A DNA stretch of 57,839 nucleotides, from positions 1 through 57,839 of the forward strand of contig MNWZ01000074.1 in the NCBI GenBank assembly GCA_001871925.1, read 5' to 3'. A program made the translations under genes and the position numbers. Positions 39,749 to 50,399 of the stretch are shown one piece after another; the stretch's first letter is position 1; the number at the start of each line of letters is the position of its first letter. Origin of the DNA: Zetaproteobacteria bacterium CG1_02_53_45 (GTDB taxonomy: Bacteria; Pseudomonadota; Zetaproteobacteria; Mariprofundales; Mariprofundaceae). The notes under the pieces were generated by a model. The model ran no database searches. It saw only the letters and a list, made by a program, of their open reading frames with translations, and was not told where the DNA came from.

Positions 39749-40957
39749 TCAACTGATCTGCTTTGGCACCGGCAACGAGATGCCCGTGGAGTTGCGCATC
39801 AACAGTTGTTTGATGCCGCCACTGTTACCCATCACCCGCATACCGAGCCCGCGCACCTCTTTCATGCCCGGTATAGTGGAGGTGAAAATCTGATGGAAAC
39901 TTTCCATGGAGGCCATAATGGAGAGCACATCGGGCAGGCGCTGTTTCATGTAACGATTGAGTACCGGCAACTCACCCCAGTCCTCATCAAAACGGCGGGC
40001 ATCGACGATCTCCTGCGCCAGCACCATGGCATCACGCAGCCCCAGATTCACGCCGAGTCCGGCCAGGGGATGGATGCAGTGGGCCGCATCACCGATCAGG
40101 ACCACACGCTCGCGCACAAAATGTTTGGTCAAGCGGCCAATGAGCGGGAACGCGGCGCGCTCCCCGGCTTCCGTAATGCGCCCCAGCACCGGTCCAAAGG
40201 TGGCATTGAGGGCAGCAAGAAAACGCTCATCATCCATAGCCATCAGGCGCTCGGCCTCACTGTTTTCGGCACTCCAGACAATGGAACAAAGATTGTCGCT
40301 CATCGGCAGCATCGCCAGCGGTCCTGTTGGCAGAAAACGCTGATAAGCGATGCCGCGATGCGGATGTTCCGGGCGTACTGTGGCAACAATGCCCTTCTGC
40401 TTGTAATCGCGCTGCCAGACACCGATGCCGGCCTGCTCGCGAATCCAGGAGCGACCGCCGTCAGCGCCGACAATCAGAGGGGTGGAGAGCTGGCGACCAT
40501 CGGCCAGTTTCACTTCGACCTTATCCTCCAGCCAGTTCACTGTGCTGATCTCGGCCGGCGAGCAGAACTCCACCGTGTCACTCTCCAGCAGTGTTTTGTG
40601 CATCGCAAGCTGCGTGGCCGAGTTTTCAATCAGGTAACCCAGCGCCTCTTGTTTAATTTCGGAGGCATCAAAGCGGATACCGCCCTGTTCCTGATTATCC
40701 CAGATGCGCATGCTGCGCATGGGTCCGGCATCAGCTTCCAGATATTTCCAGACTCCCAGCCCCTGCAGAATCTTCACATTGCCCATGACAATGGCGGAAA
40801 CGCGGCAGTCGCGCCCGAGCGATTTGCGCACCGGCGGCTCCCCGCGTTCAAGAATGACAATATGCAGTCCGCTATCCTTCAGCGCACAGGCAAGAGCAAG
40901 CCCCACCATACCGCCGCCGACGATAATCACATCAGCATGATCGTAGTGTAAGCTCAT
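39749..40957 (-). CDS. ubiI: UbiH/UbiF/UbiI(VisC)-family flavin hydroxylase, UbiI-like
   Basis: DVIIVGGGMVG, RVSA, VGADG, GPLAMLP, IGDAAHCIHPLAGLGVNLGLRD; ATG 40957 overlaps the ubiH stop. Confidence 0.75.
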   Translation of the reverse strand: MSLHYDHADVIIVGGGMVGLALACALKDSGLHIVILERGEPPVRKSLGRDCRVSAIVMGNVKILQGLGVWKYLEADAGPMRSMRIWDNQEQGGIRFDASEIKQEALGYLIENSATQLAMHKTLLESDTVEFCSPAEISTVNWLEDKVEVKLADGRQLSTPLIVGADGGRSWIREQAGIGVWQRDYKQKGIVATVRPEHPHRGIAYQRFLPTGPLAMLPMSDNLCSIVWSAENSEAERLMAMDDERFLAALNATFGPVLGRITEAGERAAFPLIGRLTKHFVRERVVLIGDAAHCIHPLAGLGVNLGLRDAMVLAQEIVDARRFDEDWGELPVLNRYMKQRLPDVLSIMASMESFHQIFTSTIPGMKEVRGLGMRVMGNSGGIKQLLMRNSTGISLPVPKQIS

Positions 40958-42177
40958 TGTGCACCTCCCAGCTGACCGACGCCCGAAGCCTGCTTCAGTA
41001 ACAATCCCGACAGACTTGGCGCAACAGGCAGTTTTGCCAGACCCAAACCCCTTAACCATTTGGCTCCGGGAACTTCGCTGCCGAAAATATGTGACATCGA
41101 TTCGGTGAATCCGGCCACGGCCATGACATCAAGCCTGCGTTTCTCGGCATAACCCTGCAAAATGATCGATTGTCCCGGATCGCGATGGGCCAACTCACCA
41201 TCGAGCATTTCAACCAGCGCCACCACATCGCGGAAGCCGAGATTCATGCCCTGCCCTGCTATCGGATGAATGGTATGTGCGGCATTGCCGACCAGCGCAA
41301 GGCGCGGCGCGGCAAACTGTTTGGCCACCGACAGTTCAAGCGGGTAACTCGCACGCGGTGAAGTACCGGTAATCGAGCCGATCCGGTTGATGGTGATATC
41401 TCCTGCCGCCCGCTGCAGCGCAGTGATAAAGGCTTCATCGGACATGGCGAGCAGTTGTGCTGCTTCAGCCGGAGCCGCCGCCCAGACTATCGAGAAGCGC
41501 CCGTCAGCTAATGGTAAAAACGCCAGCGGGCCTGATTTCCGGAAACATTCATAAGCCGTATCATTGTGGCCGTTTTCACATGTTACCGAGGCAACCAGTG
41601 CGAAACGGTTATAATCCCAGCCATAAAGACCGATGCCGGCCATGCTGCGAATCTGACTGTGTGTGCCATCAGCACCGACCAGCAGCGCCGCATTCAAGCC
41701 GATGGTTTGCCCGGCTGATTGCAGCTCGATAGCGACCCCGTCATCCGAGGTTTTAAACTGTTGCACATGAGCCGCGGAAAACAGCTTGACCGAAGAGGCT
41801 TCAAGCAGTGCATACATCGGTTCCAGCAGCTTGCCCATCTCCACCACATAACCGAGTTCCTGCATCTCCGGCGCAAACCCCAGCCCGTCAGCCGCATCCA
41901 GATCGACGCGCCCTGTATTGCCCGGTTCGTTGACCACAATATGACGGATATCACCGGTTCCCTGTGCAGCCACTCCCGGCCAGATTCCGAGTCGCTCCAG
42001 ATGACAGCGGGAACCGTAGTTCAGGGCAATGACACGTTCAGGATTCGAAGAGGAAAAGGCGGGGGTAAAGCGTTCGATCACGGCAACACGGTATTTCAGG
42101 CGATCAAGTTCCAGCGCCAGCGTGGCTCCAACAGCACCACCACCTACAATGACTACATCAAAATCGTTGTCTTTCAC
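40954..42177 (-). CDS. ubiH: 2-octaprenyl-6-methoxyphenol hydroxylase (UbiH-like)
   Basis: VGGGAVG, LGYVVE, AYECF..GPLAFLP, GNAAHTIHPIAGQGMNLGFRD (the GNAA variant is typical of UbiH). Confidence 0.82.
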   Translation of the reverse strand: MKDNDFDVVIVGGGAVGATLALELDRLKYRVAVIERFTPAFSSSNPERVIALNYGSRCHLERLGIWPGVAAQGTGDIRHIVVNEPGNTGRVDLDAADGLGFAPEMQELGYVVEMGKLLEPMYALLEASSVKLFSAAHVQQFKTSDDGVAIELQSAGQTIGLNAALLVGADGTHSQIRSMAGIGLYGWDYNRFALVASVTCENGHNDTAYECFRKSGPLAFLPLADGRFSIVWAAAPAEAAQLLAMSDEAFITALQRAAGDITINRIGSITGTSPRASYPLELSVAKQFAAPRLALVGNAAHTIHPIAGQGMNLGFRDVVALVEMLDGELAHRDPGQSIILQGYAEKRRLDVMAVAGFTESMSHIFGSEVPGAKWLRGLGLAKLPVAPSLSGLLLKQASGVGQLGGAQ

Positions 42178-42261
42178 CGAATAACCACCCCTTCCCGGAT
42201 AATATCAGCACTATCCTTGCCGGTTTAAGCCTGATTGCAAGGTTGAATGGACTATTTTTTA

Positions 42262-42291
42262 TTTACCACAGAGGACGCAGGGGACACAAAG
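42262..42291 (+). repeat. 9-nt-periodic intergenic repeat end related to the element at 52479-52650
   Basis: TTTACCACAGAG-GACGCAGGG-GACACAAAG aligns with TTTACCACGAAG-CACACGAAG-TTCACGAAG (reverse complement of 52621-52650). Confidence 0.5.
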
Positions 42292-42356
42292 TGCAAGCGA
42301 ATACAGATCATTGAAGCCTCACTCGCCTGAAATGCCATGTCTGCAAAAATCGTCTC

Positions 42357-44465
42357 TCAGCTCTGATTACGAAGCAGTTCAAAAAACGCTTCTGCCGGCA
42401 CCGGGTGGCCAAACAGATAACCCTGGGCATAATCACAATCATGGCTGCGCAGAAACACCAGCTCCTCTTCCCGCTCCACCCCTTCGGCGATCACCCTCAG
42501 GTTCAGATTGTGCGCCATCTCAATCATGGCTTTGACCAGCACGGCCTTGTCACCATCACGGTCCACCTCAGAGACAAAACCGCGATCAATTTTGAGCCCG
42601 TCAAACGGCATTTTTTTCAGGAAGCGCATGGAAGAGAAGCCGGTACCAAAATCAATAAGAAAACTCATACCCATTTTTTTCATGGTATCGAGTTTTTCCT
42701 TGATACGCTCAGGCCCCTCGATCATGACGTTTTCGGTGATTTCGATAATCACACTGCCGTCTGACGGCTCGGAGCGATGAATCGCCGCCTGCAACTGCTT
42801 TTCCAGATTCGTATGCACAATCTGGATCGGTGAAACATTCAGGCAGATTCGCAAGGGTTCACTCAGCTTGTCACGCCACAGGGCCAACTGATTGTAAACA
42901 GCATCGATCACCCAGCCGCCCAGCGGGATAATCAGGCCGGACTCTTCGGCGATGGGAATAAAATCATCCGGCATGATCAGTCCCTTTTCCGGATGATTCC
43001 AGCGAATCAGCGCTTCGGCATGGGTGATCCTGTTGCGATGCAGATCGATCACCGGCTGAAAATGCATCACCAGCTGGTTTTCCGTAATCGCCTGCAGCAA
43101 CTCCTGCTCGATAACGGCCTTTCTTGCAGCTTCCTCATTCATTTTATGATCGAAGAAAAAGTACTGGTTGCGTCCCTTTGCCTTTGCCTTGGCCTTGTAC
43201 ATGGCCATATCGGCATGGGCGAGCAATTGCTCGACACTGTCACCATCACCGGGATACACCGCAATACCGGCAGAAGCCGAGACATAGGCTTTACGTCCGC
43301 TGAATTCATAGGCTTTGGAGATGGAATCAATGATCTTCTCAGCCACCCGGCTGGCATCCTCGACATGATGAATCAGCGGCATCAGGGCAATAAACTCATC
43401 ACCGGAAAGCCTGATCACCGTATCACTCTGCCTGAGCGATGCGGCTATTCTTTTACCCACTTCGATCAGGAGCTCATCACCTGCCGCATGCCCGTAACAG
43501 TCGTTGATATGTTTGAAACGATCCAGATCAATAAACAGCAGTGCGAGTGACGTATGTTCGCGTTTGGCCAGATGCATGGCTTCGGATGCGCGATCAACCA
43601 GCAGAGCCCGGTTGGGCAGATCGGTGAGCGGATCGAAATTGGCCTGATGCCAGATTCTCTCCGCATCTTTCTTGCGTTCGGTGACATCGGAAAAAGCGCC
43701 CACATAACGATAAACCACACCACTGGCATCGCGGATGGCATTGATCACCATCCATGCCAGATATGATTCACCGTCCTTGCGCCGGTTCCACAACTCGCCT
43801 TCCCAGCAGTCATGCTCATCCAGCGACTGCCACATGCGTTTATAGAGCTGCTCATCACGCCGGTCCGATTTCAGAAAACCGGGCGTTTGACCCACAGCCT
43901 CATCATAAGCATAACCGGTAATGGTGGTGAAGGCAGGATTCACGGCTTCAATCACGGTATCGGCATCAGTCACCATGATGCCCTCCTTAATCACATCAAA
44001 TACCGTTTCGGCCAGACGCTTGCGATCAAACTGCTTCCTCTGCTTTTTCAGTCGGGATTTCTGCTCCCGAAGCACCCGCTGTATGGCAACACAGAGCTTG
44101 TCGACATGCTCGCCTCGCATATCTTTCACCAGATAATCAAGCGCGCCTGCTTTCATTGCTGCAGATGCCACCTCTTCATCGCCCTCACCGGTAAGCATGA
44201 TCACAGGGGTTTTAATGCCGTTATCTTTAAGCACAGTAATCAGTTGCAGGCCGTTGAGAATTGGCAGGTTATAGTCAACGATAGCGAGGTCATAGTGCTT
44301 TTCTTTCAGCTCGGCAAGGCCCCTCTCACCATCGCTGGCGATATCAATGGTAATACTGCCACATCGCTGTTGAAGCTGCAGTTTCAAAAGTCCGGCAAGG
44401 CCTGCATCGTCCTCAACATAAAGGATACGTAAAGCATTGTCGGAGAAAATATGTTGCTGCTTCAT
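42357..44465 (-). CDS. REC-PAS-GGDEF-EAL protein, copy B (EAL loop-6 motif degenerate)
   Basis: YVEDD...VDYNLP receiver, PAS, RQSD I-site + SGDEF, AEALIRW, but IDFGTG instead of DDFGTG; start probably ATG 44465. Confidence 0.88.
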   Translation of the reverse strand: MKQQHIFSDNALRILYVEDDAGLAGLLKLQLQQRCGSITIDIASDGERGLAELKEKHYDLAIVDYNLPILNGLQLITVLKDNGIKTPVIMLTGEGDEEVASAAMKAGALDYLVKDMRGEHVDKLCVAIQRVLREQKSRLKKQRKQFDRKRLAETVFDVIKEGIMVTDADTVIEAVNPAFTTITGYAYDEAVGQTPGFLKSDRRDEQLYKRMWQSLDEHDCWEGELWNRRKDGESYLAWMVINAIRDASGVVYRYVGAFSDVTERKKDAERIWHQANFDPLTDLPNRALLVDRASEAMHLAKREHTSLALLFIDLDRFKHINDCYGHAAGDELLIEVGKRIAASLRQSDTVIRLSGDEFIALMPLIHHVEDASRVAEKIIDSISKAYEFSGRKAYVSASAGIAVYPGDGDSVEQLLAHADMAMYKAKAKAKGRNQYFFFDHKMNEEAARKAVIEQELLQAITENQLVMHFQPVIDLHRNRITHAEALIRWNHPEKGLIMPDDFIPIAEESGLIIPLGGWVIDAVYNQLALWRDKLSEPLRICLNVSPIQIVHTNLEKQLQAAIHRSEPSDGSVIIEITENVMIEGPERIKEKLDTMKKMGMSFLIDFGTGFSSMRFLKKMPFDGLKIDRGFVSEVDRDGDKAVLVKAMIEMAHNLNLRVIAEGVEREEELVFLRSHDCDYAQGYLFGHPVPAEAFFELLRNQS

Positions 44466-44624
44466 TCGCGTCAGCCCCCCGGCCCCAATCAACACTTCTG
44501 ATCTCGCAGCCTGGCTGCATGGATAGCAGAGTTTAAAACATGATACCGCTTTGCGCCAGCTTGCGGCACCTGCCCCGGCCTGAAAAAACTGTCAAGGCAA
44601 GCAAGCTCTGAAACGGCAAACGTA

Positions 44625-46733
44625 TTACTGCTGGCGTTGCAAAATCTCCAGAAACTGCTCAGCCGGCATCGGCCTGCCAAGCAGATAGCCCTGCACATAA
44701 TCACAGTCGTGATCATGTAAAAAGGCCAGCTCAGCCTCTGTTTCCACCCCTTCTGCGACAACTTTCAGATCCAGATTATGTGCCATTTCGATCATGGCTC
44801 GGACCAGCACGGCTTTTTCATTGTCCGTATCGACATCGGAGACAAACGAGCGGTCAATCTTCAAACCGTCAAACGGCAGTTTTTTCAGATAACGCATGGA
44901 AGAGAAACCGGTGCCGAAATCATCAATAAGAAAACTTAAACCCATAGCTTTCATGGCATCGAGCTTCAGTTTAATTTTATCAGGCCCCTCAATCAGCACA
45001 TTTTCCGTGATCTCAATAATGATGCTGCCTGCAGGCGCCGCAAAGCGGGTGATCGCCGCTTGCAACTGCCTGTCCAGATTGGCATGCATCATCTGGGTTG
45101 GTGACACATTCAGGCTGAGCTGCAGTGACTCATCGACCTGATGCTTCCAGGCCAACAGCTGTTTGCACACGGCATCAATCACCCACTCACCCAACTGGAT
45201 AATCAGCCCGGATTCCTCGGCGACGGGAATGAAATCATCCGGCATCACCAGCCCTTTCTCCGGATGGTTCCAGCGGATCAGCGCTTCGGCATGGGTAATC
45301 CGGTTCAGTTGTAAATTGGTCACCGGCTGGTAATACATCTCCAGCTGACCCTCCCTGATCGCCCGTTGTAACTCATGCTCAATAACGGCTTTTTTCTCAG
45401 CCTGTTCATTCATCTGTTGATCATAAAACAGGTGCTGGTTGCGACCGCCCTCCTTGGCCTTATACATCGCCATATCGGCATGACTGAGCAGCACTCCCAC
45501 ATCATCGCCATCGCCGGGGAATACTGCGATACCGACTGATGCCGACACATAGGTTTTATTGTCACTGATCATAAAAGGCTCAGAGATCGCCGCAATGATC
45601 TTCTCTGCGACACGGCCCGCATCGACAGCATGCTGGATCACCGGCATCAGCACAATAAACTCGTCACCGGAGAGGCGGATCACCGTATCACTATCGCGCA
45701 AGGCAGAGGCGATTCGCCTGCCGACTTCAATGAGCAACTCATCACCTGCGGCATGGCCATAGTGATCATTAATATATTTAAAGCGGTCGAGATCGACAAA
45801 CAGAATCGCCAACGAGGTCTTTTCGCGTTTGGCCCGATGCAGTGCTTCGCCGGCGCGATCAACCAGCAGTGCACGATTGGGCAGACCAGTCAGGGAATCG
45901 TAATTGGCCTGGTGCCATATCTTCTCCTCGTTTGCCTTGCGGATGCTGATATCGGAAAAGATACCGATATACTCGCTGGCCTTGCCATTCTTATCCTGAA
46001 TCGCATTGATCGCCAGCCACTGCGGGTACACCTCACCTGTTTTTCTGCGATTCCAGATCTCCCCTTCCCAACTGCCGCTCTGGTTGATTGAACTCCACAT
46101 ACGACCATAATACTGATCGTCCTGCCTGTCTGACTTGAGTATCGACGGGTTGTTGCCGACGGCTTCCTCATAGCTGTAACCTGTAATGGTAGTAAAAGCC
46201 GGATTCACCGCCTGAATCACACAGTTTGCATCCGTCACGACAATGCCCTCTTCGGTGACATCAAAGACCTTCTCGGCCAGCTTGCGCTTGGCGAACACCA
46301 GTTTCTGCTGCCCCTGTTTCTGGCGCTGCTGCCAGACACGCGCAATAGCTTCACAGATTTTCTCGATATGGCCGCCATCGGCATCCTTTACCAGGTAGTC
46401 CGCGGCTCCGGCCTTCATCACTGCAGCTGCAATCTCTTCGGTGCCCACACCGGTAAGAATAATAACCGGCACATCAATGCCGTTATCCCTGAGAATGCGC
46501 AACAGCTGCAGGCCATTGAGTATGGGAAGGTTGTAGTCAACAATAGCCAGATCAAAGTGCTGCTGCTGCAGTTTACGCAGCCCCTGCTCCCCGTCTATGG
46601 CGATACCAACGTTATAACCACCTCTGCGATGCAGTTGTTTCTGCAGCAGGCGCGCCAGTCCCGCATCATCCTCGATATAAATAATCTGAATCTCTTTGCC
46701 TTCAGGCTGGTTTATGGTCTTCTGCCCTGTCAT
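44625..46733 (-). CDS. REC-PAS-GGDEF-EAL protein, copy A
   Basis: YIEDD...VDYNLP, PAS, RDSD I-site + SGDEF, AEALIRW, IDDFGTGFSS, KIDRSF, AEGVE, QGYL. Confidence 0.92.
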   Translation of the reverse strand: MTGQKTINQPEGKEIQIIYIEDDAGLARLLQKQLHRRGGYNVGIAIDGEQGLRKLQQQHFDLAIVDYNLPILNGLQLLRILRDNGIDVPVIILTGVGTEEIAAAVMKAGAADYLVKDADGGHIEKICEAIARVWQQRQKQGQQKLVFAKRKLAEKVFDVTEEGIVVTDANCVIQAVNPAFTTITGYSYEEAVGNNPSILKSDRQDDQYYGRMWSSINQSGSWEGEIWNRRKTGEVYPQWLAINAIQDKNGKASEYIGIFSDISIRKANEEKIWHQANYDSLTGLPNRALLVDRAGEALHRAKREKTSLAILFVDLDRFKYINDHYGHAAGDELLIEVGRRIASALRDSDTVIRLSGDEFIVLMPVIQHAVDAGRVAEKIIAAISEPFMISDNKTYVSASVGIAVFPGDGDDVGVLLSHADMAMYKAKEGGRNQHLFYDQQMNEQAEKKAVIEHELQRAIREGQLEMYYQPVTNLQLNRITHAEALIRWNHPEKGLVMPDDFIPVAEESGLIIQLGEWVIDAVCKQLLAWKHQVDESLQLSLNVSPTQMMHANLDRQLQAAITRFAAPAGSIIIEITENVLIEGPDKIKLKLDAMKAMGLSFLIDDFGTGFSSMRYLKKLPFDGLKIDRSFVSDVDTDNEKAVLVRAMIEMAHNLDLKVVAEGVETEAELAFLHDHDCDYVQGYLLGRPMPAEQFLEILQRQQ

Positions 46734-47091
46734 CGAGCGATCTCCCTGCCTGTGGTATTTTGTAACATGTATGCGGGCACAATTCAGTTCGTTTCCGATG
46801 CCGGATTTTCTTGAAGCAGATGACTCAACTCAATCACCGGGAAAGGCTTCGATTTCACCCGAGGCTTCTCCTGAGCGCACGGATCTATCATAGCTTAGCC
46901 GGTTACCACAACACGACATGAGCATCGGTATGTCTGATATCAATCCTTTTCATTCGGCCTCCAGGGCCATCGCCAGCGAGCACAACGGCTACTTCAGTGA
47001 TGCGAGCAATAATAGTGCCAGCATTCAGGGCTCCGGACTGCTGAACGTTCACCCCAGCTTGTTGGCACCCTATATGCTGCTTTGAGACTAT

Positions 47092-48381
47092 ATGCATGCC
47101 GGTTACGTCATTCGAATCCGTACCATACGCCTGTTACGAGGTTTTCTCGTACTGTTTGCATGTTTCTGGCTGCTGACCGGCTGCCAAAATCATGACAACG
47201 AAGCGATAAAAGTTGGCGTACTGCATTCACTGACAGGCAGCATGGCGATCAGCGAATTGCCGGTGGTCGATGCCACCCTGCTGGCGATTGAAGAGATCAA
47301 TGCATCAGGCGGCCTGCTGGGCAGAAAGCTGGTTCCGGTGGTTGCAGACGGAAAATCCGATCCGGCTACCTTTGCCAGCGAAGCCGAACGACTGATCAAC
47401 GATGAAAAAGTAGCCGTGATATTCGGCTGCTGGACTTCTGCAAGTCGAAAAATGGTCCTACCTGTTGCCGAACAACACAAGAGCCTGCTCTTCTATCCCA
47501 TACAATATGAAGGCATGGAGATGTCTCCCTATATCATCTACACCGGCGCCGTGCCCAACCAGCAGATTTTCCCTGCCATCAGCTGGGCCAAAGCGCATCT
47601 GGGCAAACGTCTCTACCTGATCGGCTCCGACTATATCTTCCCGAGAACCGCCAACTGGCTGATCAGGAAACAGGCCGCCATGCTGGACATGCAGATTATC
47701 GGCGAGACCTACCAGCCACTGGGCAGCACTGACTTTTCCGCCGCTGTGGCCGATATTGCGCGTCTGAAACCCGATGCCGTGATCAATACCATCAACGGCG
47801 ACAGCAATATCAGTTTTTACAAAGCCATGTATGAATCCGGGCTGCGGGCAGAAACCACACCGGTCATCTCCTTCAGCATCGGTGAAAACGAACTCACCAA
47901 TATGCCCCTCGAACAGTTATTGGGTCACTATGCGGCCTGGAGCTACTTCCAGAGTATCGACTCCGGGGAAAATCGCACCTTCATCAAGGCCTTCAAGGCG
48001 CGCTTTGGCCAGCAGCGTGTACTCAGCGATCCGATGGAGGCGGCATACTTCGGCATGAAACTCTGGGCTCAGGCTGTTTCGACAGCCCAATCCATAGAGA
48101 CCTCCGATGTGAAATCCACCCTGAAAAGCCAGAGTTTTGCCGCTCCGGAAGGCATTATCTCCATTGCTCTGAACAGCCAGCATACCTGGAAACGTATGCG
48201 TATCGGCAAAGTTACAACATCGGGGCAATTTGAAGTCGTCTGGACATCCCCGGGCATATTGCGTCCGGATCCGTTTCCGCTAAAGATCTTGCGTGAGAAT
48301 TCAAAAGAGATCATCACCGGCACGCATCAGGAGTGGGGCAAGCAGTGGAGCGCACCTGCAGATGAAGTTCCCGAACCATGA
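47092..48381 (+). CDS. UrtA/AmiC-family (urea/short amide) substrate-binding lipoprotein
   Basis: Lipobox LLTGC; IKVGVLHSLTGSMAISE, FGCWTSASRK, YPIQYEG, GAVPNQQI, GSDYIFPRTAN, NTINGDSN. Confidence 0.88.
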   Translation: MHAGYVIRIRTIRLLRGFLVLFACFWLLTGCQNHDNEAIKVGVLHSLTGSMAISELPVVDATLLAIEEINASGGLLGRKLVPVVADGKSDPATFASEAERLINDEKVAVIFGCWTSASRKMVLPVAEQHKSLLFYPIQYEGMEMSPYIIYTGAVPNQQIFPAISWAKAHLGKRLYLIGSDYIFPRTANWLIRKQAAMLDMQIIGETYQPLGSTDFSAAVADIARLKPDAVINTINGDSNISFYKAMYESGLRAETTPVISFSIGENELTNMPLEQLLGHYAAWSYFQSIDSGENRTFIKAFKARFGQQRVLSDPMEAAYFGMKLWAQAVSTAQSIETSDVKSTLKSQSFAAPEGIISIALNSQHTWKRMRIGKVTTSGQFEVVWTSPGILRPDPFPLKILRENSKEIITGTHQEWGKQWSAPADEVPEP

Positions 48382-50396
48382 TGCCGCTCAGACGTTTGAG
48401 TAACCTGCCGATCCGCTACCGGGTGGTAGCCGTACTGGTGTTCATTGTCCTCGCTGCCGAGATCACTACCGCCTACCTGATTTTCAACCAGTATAAAACC
48501 AGCATGATCGCCCAATCGATGCAGCATCTGGCAGATATACGCGACAACAGGATTTATGGTATCAGGACAAATCTGCAGAATATCCTTGTGCAGAGTGAAC
48601 TGTTTTCCAGTATGCCCGGCATCATCGAGGATCTCTCCCACGACCACAGTGATCTGAACAATGCCGGGGCAATACGCCAGTTCGATGAGGCCGTCGCAGG
48701 GCCCATGCGCTATGTGAAAGAGACATCCGGCCTGCATAACATCTTCATCATCAGTAAACATGGCGACATCATCCACTCCGCGGCCATAGACCACGATCTC
48801 GGGACCGCCCTGTTGACCGGCCCCCTCAGAGACAGTGCACTGGCCACAGTCTTTCGCCAATCCACGCAACTGCTGCAACCGCAAATCTCAAGCATTGGCT
48901 ACTATGAACCCAGCGGTGAAGCCAGCCTGTTTATTGCCACCCCGGTCATAAAAAACACTCAGCTACTGGGAGCCACCGCCGTCCAGCTCAACTGGGAAGG
49001 ACTGGCCGATATTCTCAAGTCGATTAGCGGACTGGGCAAAACCGGCGAGGTGGTAGCCGGCATCCAGCGCGATGGGCACGCACATATTGCCCCGCTCAGA
49101 AATGTGTCATCAAACGGATTTGACCTGAAGATTCAGGTCGGACTCAACCTGGCCGGACCGGTCCAGATGGCACTGAAGGGCAATATTGGTAGCGGCTTTA
49201 GCGCAGATTATCGCAATATCGATGTAGTCGCCGCCTGGGGATATATCCCGGAACTGGAGATGGGCATAGTGGTGAAAATGGATACGGCCGAACTGCTCGA
49301 ACCGGTCACGCGCATGCAGCGGATCACCGTGCTGCTGGTAGCAGTCATCATGCTGACTACCGGCCTCATCGGCTACCTGCTGGCCCGCACCATTACTGCG
49401 CCGCTGGTTCAGTTGACCGCCAGTACTCGGCGTTATGCTGACGGCGATCTTACGGCCCGCAGTAATATCAGCAGTACGGATGAAACCGGCCAGCTGGCCG
49501 CATCATTCAACGCCATGGCCGAGCATATTAGCGAGTACACGCAGGAGATTCGCAACAAAAGCCTGGCACTGGAGAAAGCAGGCGCGGTACTGGAGCAAAA
49601 GGTAGATGAGAGAACGGTCACGCTTGCTGCCGCCAACGAAGAGATCAAAAGCTTTGCCTACATCGTTTCCCACGATCTGCGCTCACCACTGGTCAACATG
49701 AAAGGGTTTACCGGTGAACTGGCTTTTACACTGAACGACATTTCAGAACTTGTTTCCCACATCGAGGAGAAGCTGGGGGATGGTGACCTCCAAACAATGC
49801 ATCGACTGATTCAGGAGGAGATTCCTGAATCCATGTCATTTATCAACACCTCGGTCGAAAAGATGGATCACATGCTCACAGCCATCCTCACGCTTTCGCG
49901 TCTGGGCAGACGCGTGCTGGTGCCTGAACAAGTCGACCTGAAAGTGCTCTGCGATGAGATACTCGCCAGCCTCGCCCACCAGATCAAACAGACAAACACG
50001 ACAGTAGAGCTCGGCAACCTGCCCGTGATCAACAATGACCGCATTGTTCTGGAGCAGATCATGGGCAACCTGATCGGCAATGCGATCAAATACCTGGACC
50101 CGAACCGCCCCGGCAAGCTCAGCATCCAGTCCGAAACGGCAGATAACGGCATTACCATCAGTGTGACCGATAACGGTCGCGGCATCGATGCGGATGAAAA
50201 GGAGAAGGTCTTCCAGATTTTCAGACGCGGCAAACACCAGGACGTAGAGGGGGAAGGTATGGGACTGGCCTATGTGCAGACACTGGTTCGCGCCCAGAAC
50301 GGCAGCATCAGCTTCAAATCAGAAGCAAATACAGGCTCCACTTTCACCGTTTTCCTGCCCATCAAACCCGAGCCGGACAGACAACAGGAGGAATAA
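48378..50396 (+). CDS. Sensor histidine kinase (TM-Cache-TM-HAMP, phytochrome-type HisKA, HATPase)
   Basis: Two TM segments, HAMP (TAPLVQL...DETGQLAASFNAM), SFAYIVSHDLRSPL, NLIGNAIKY, DNGRG, GEGMGLA; ATGA overlap with the upstream gene. Confidence 0.92.
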   Translation: MMPLRRLSNLPIRYRVVAVLVFIVLAAEITTAYLIFNQYKTSMIAQSMQHLADIRDNRIYGIRTNLQNILVQSELFSSMPGIIEDLSHDHSDLNNAGAIRQFDEAVAGPMRYVKETSGLHNIFIISKHGDIIHSAAIDHDLGTALLTGPLRDSALATVFRQSTQLLQPQISSIGYYEPSGEASLFIATPVIKNTQLLGATAVQLNWEGLADILKSISGLGKTGEVVAGIQRDGHAHIAPLRNVSSNGFDLKIQVGLNLAGPVQMALKGNIGSGFSADYRNIDVVAAWGYIPELEMGIVVKMDTAELLEPVTRMQRITVLLVAVIMLTTGLIGYLLARTITAPLVQLTASTRRYADGDLTARSNISSTDETGQLAASFNAMAEHISEYTQEIRNKSLALEKAGAVLEQKVDERTVTLAAANEEIKSFAYIVSHDLRSPLVNMKGFTGELAFTLNDISELVSHIEEKLGDGDLQTMHRLIQEEIPESMSFINTSVEKMDHMLTAILTLSRLGRRVLVPEQVDLKVLCDEILASLAHQIKQTNTTVELGNLPVINNDRIVLEQIMGNLIGNAIKYLDPNRPGKLSIQSETADNGITISVTDNGRGIDADEKEKVFQIFRRGKHQDVEGEGMGLAYVQTLVRAQNGSISFKSEANTGSTFTVFLPIKPEPDRQQEE

Positions 50397-50399
50397 ATC

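Noticed and set aside
39725-40951. 408-aa plus-strand ORF
   Set aside because: Antisense shadow of the ubiI-like gene.
46696-47097. Short ORFs (65 and 64 aa) in the divergent promoter region
   Set aside because: No convincing RBS or motif; the region most likely holds the two promoters.
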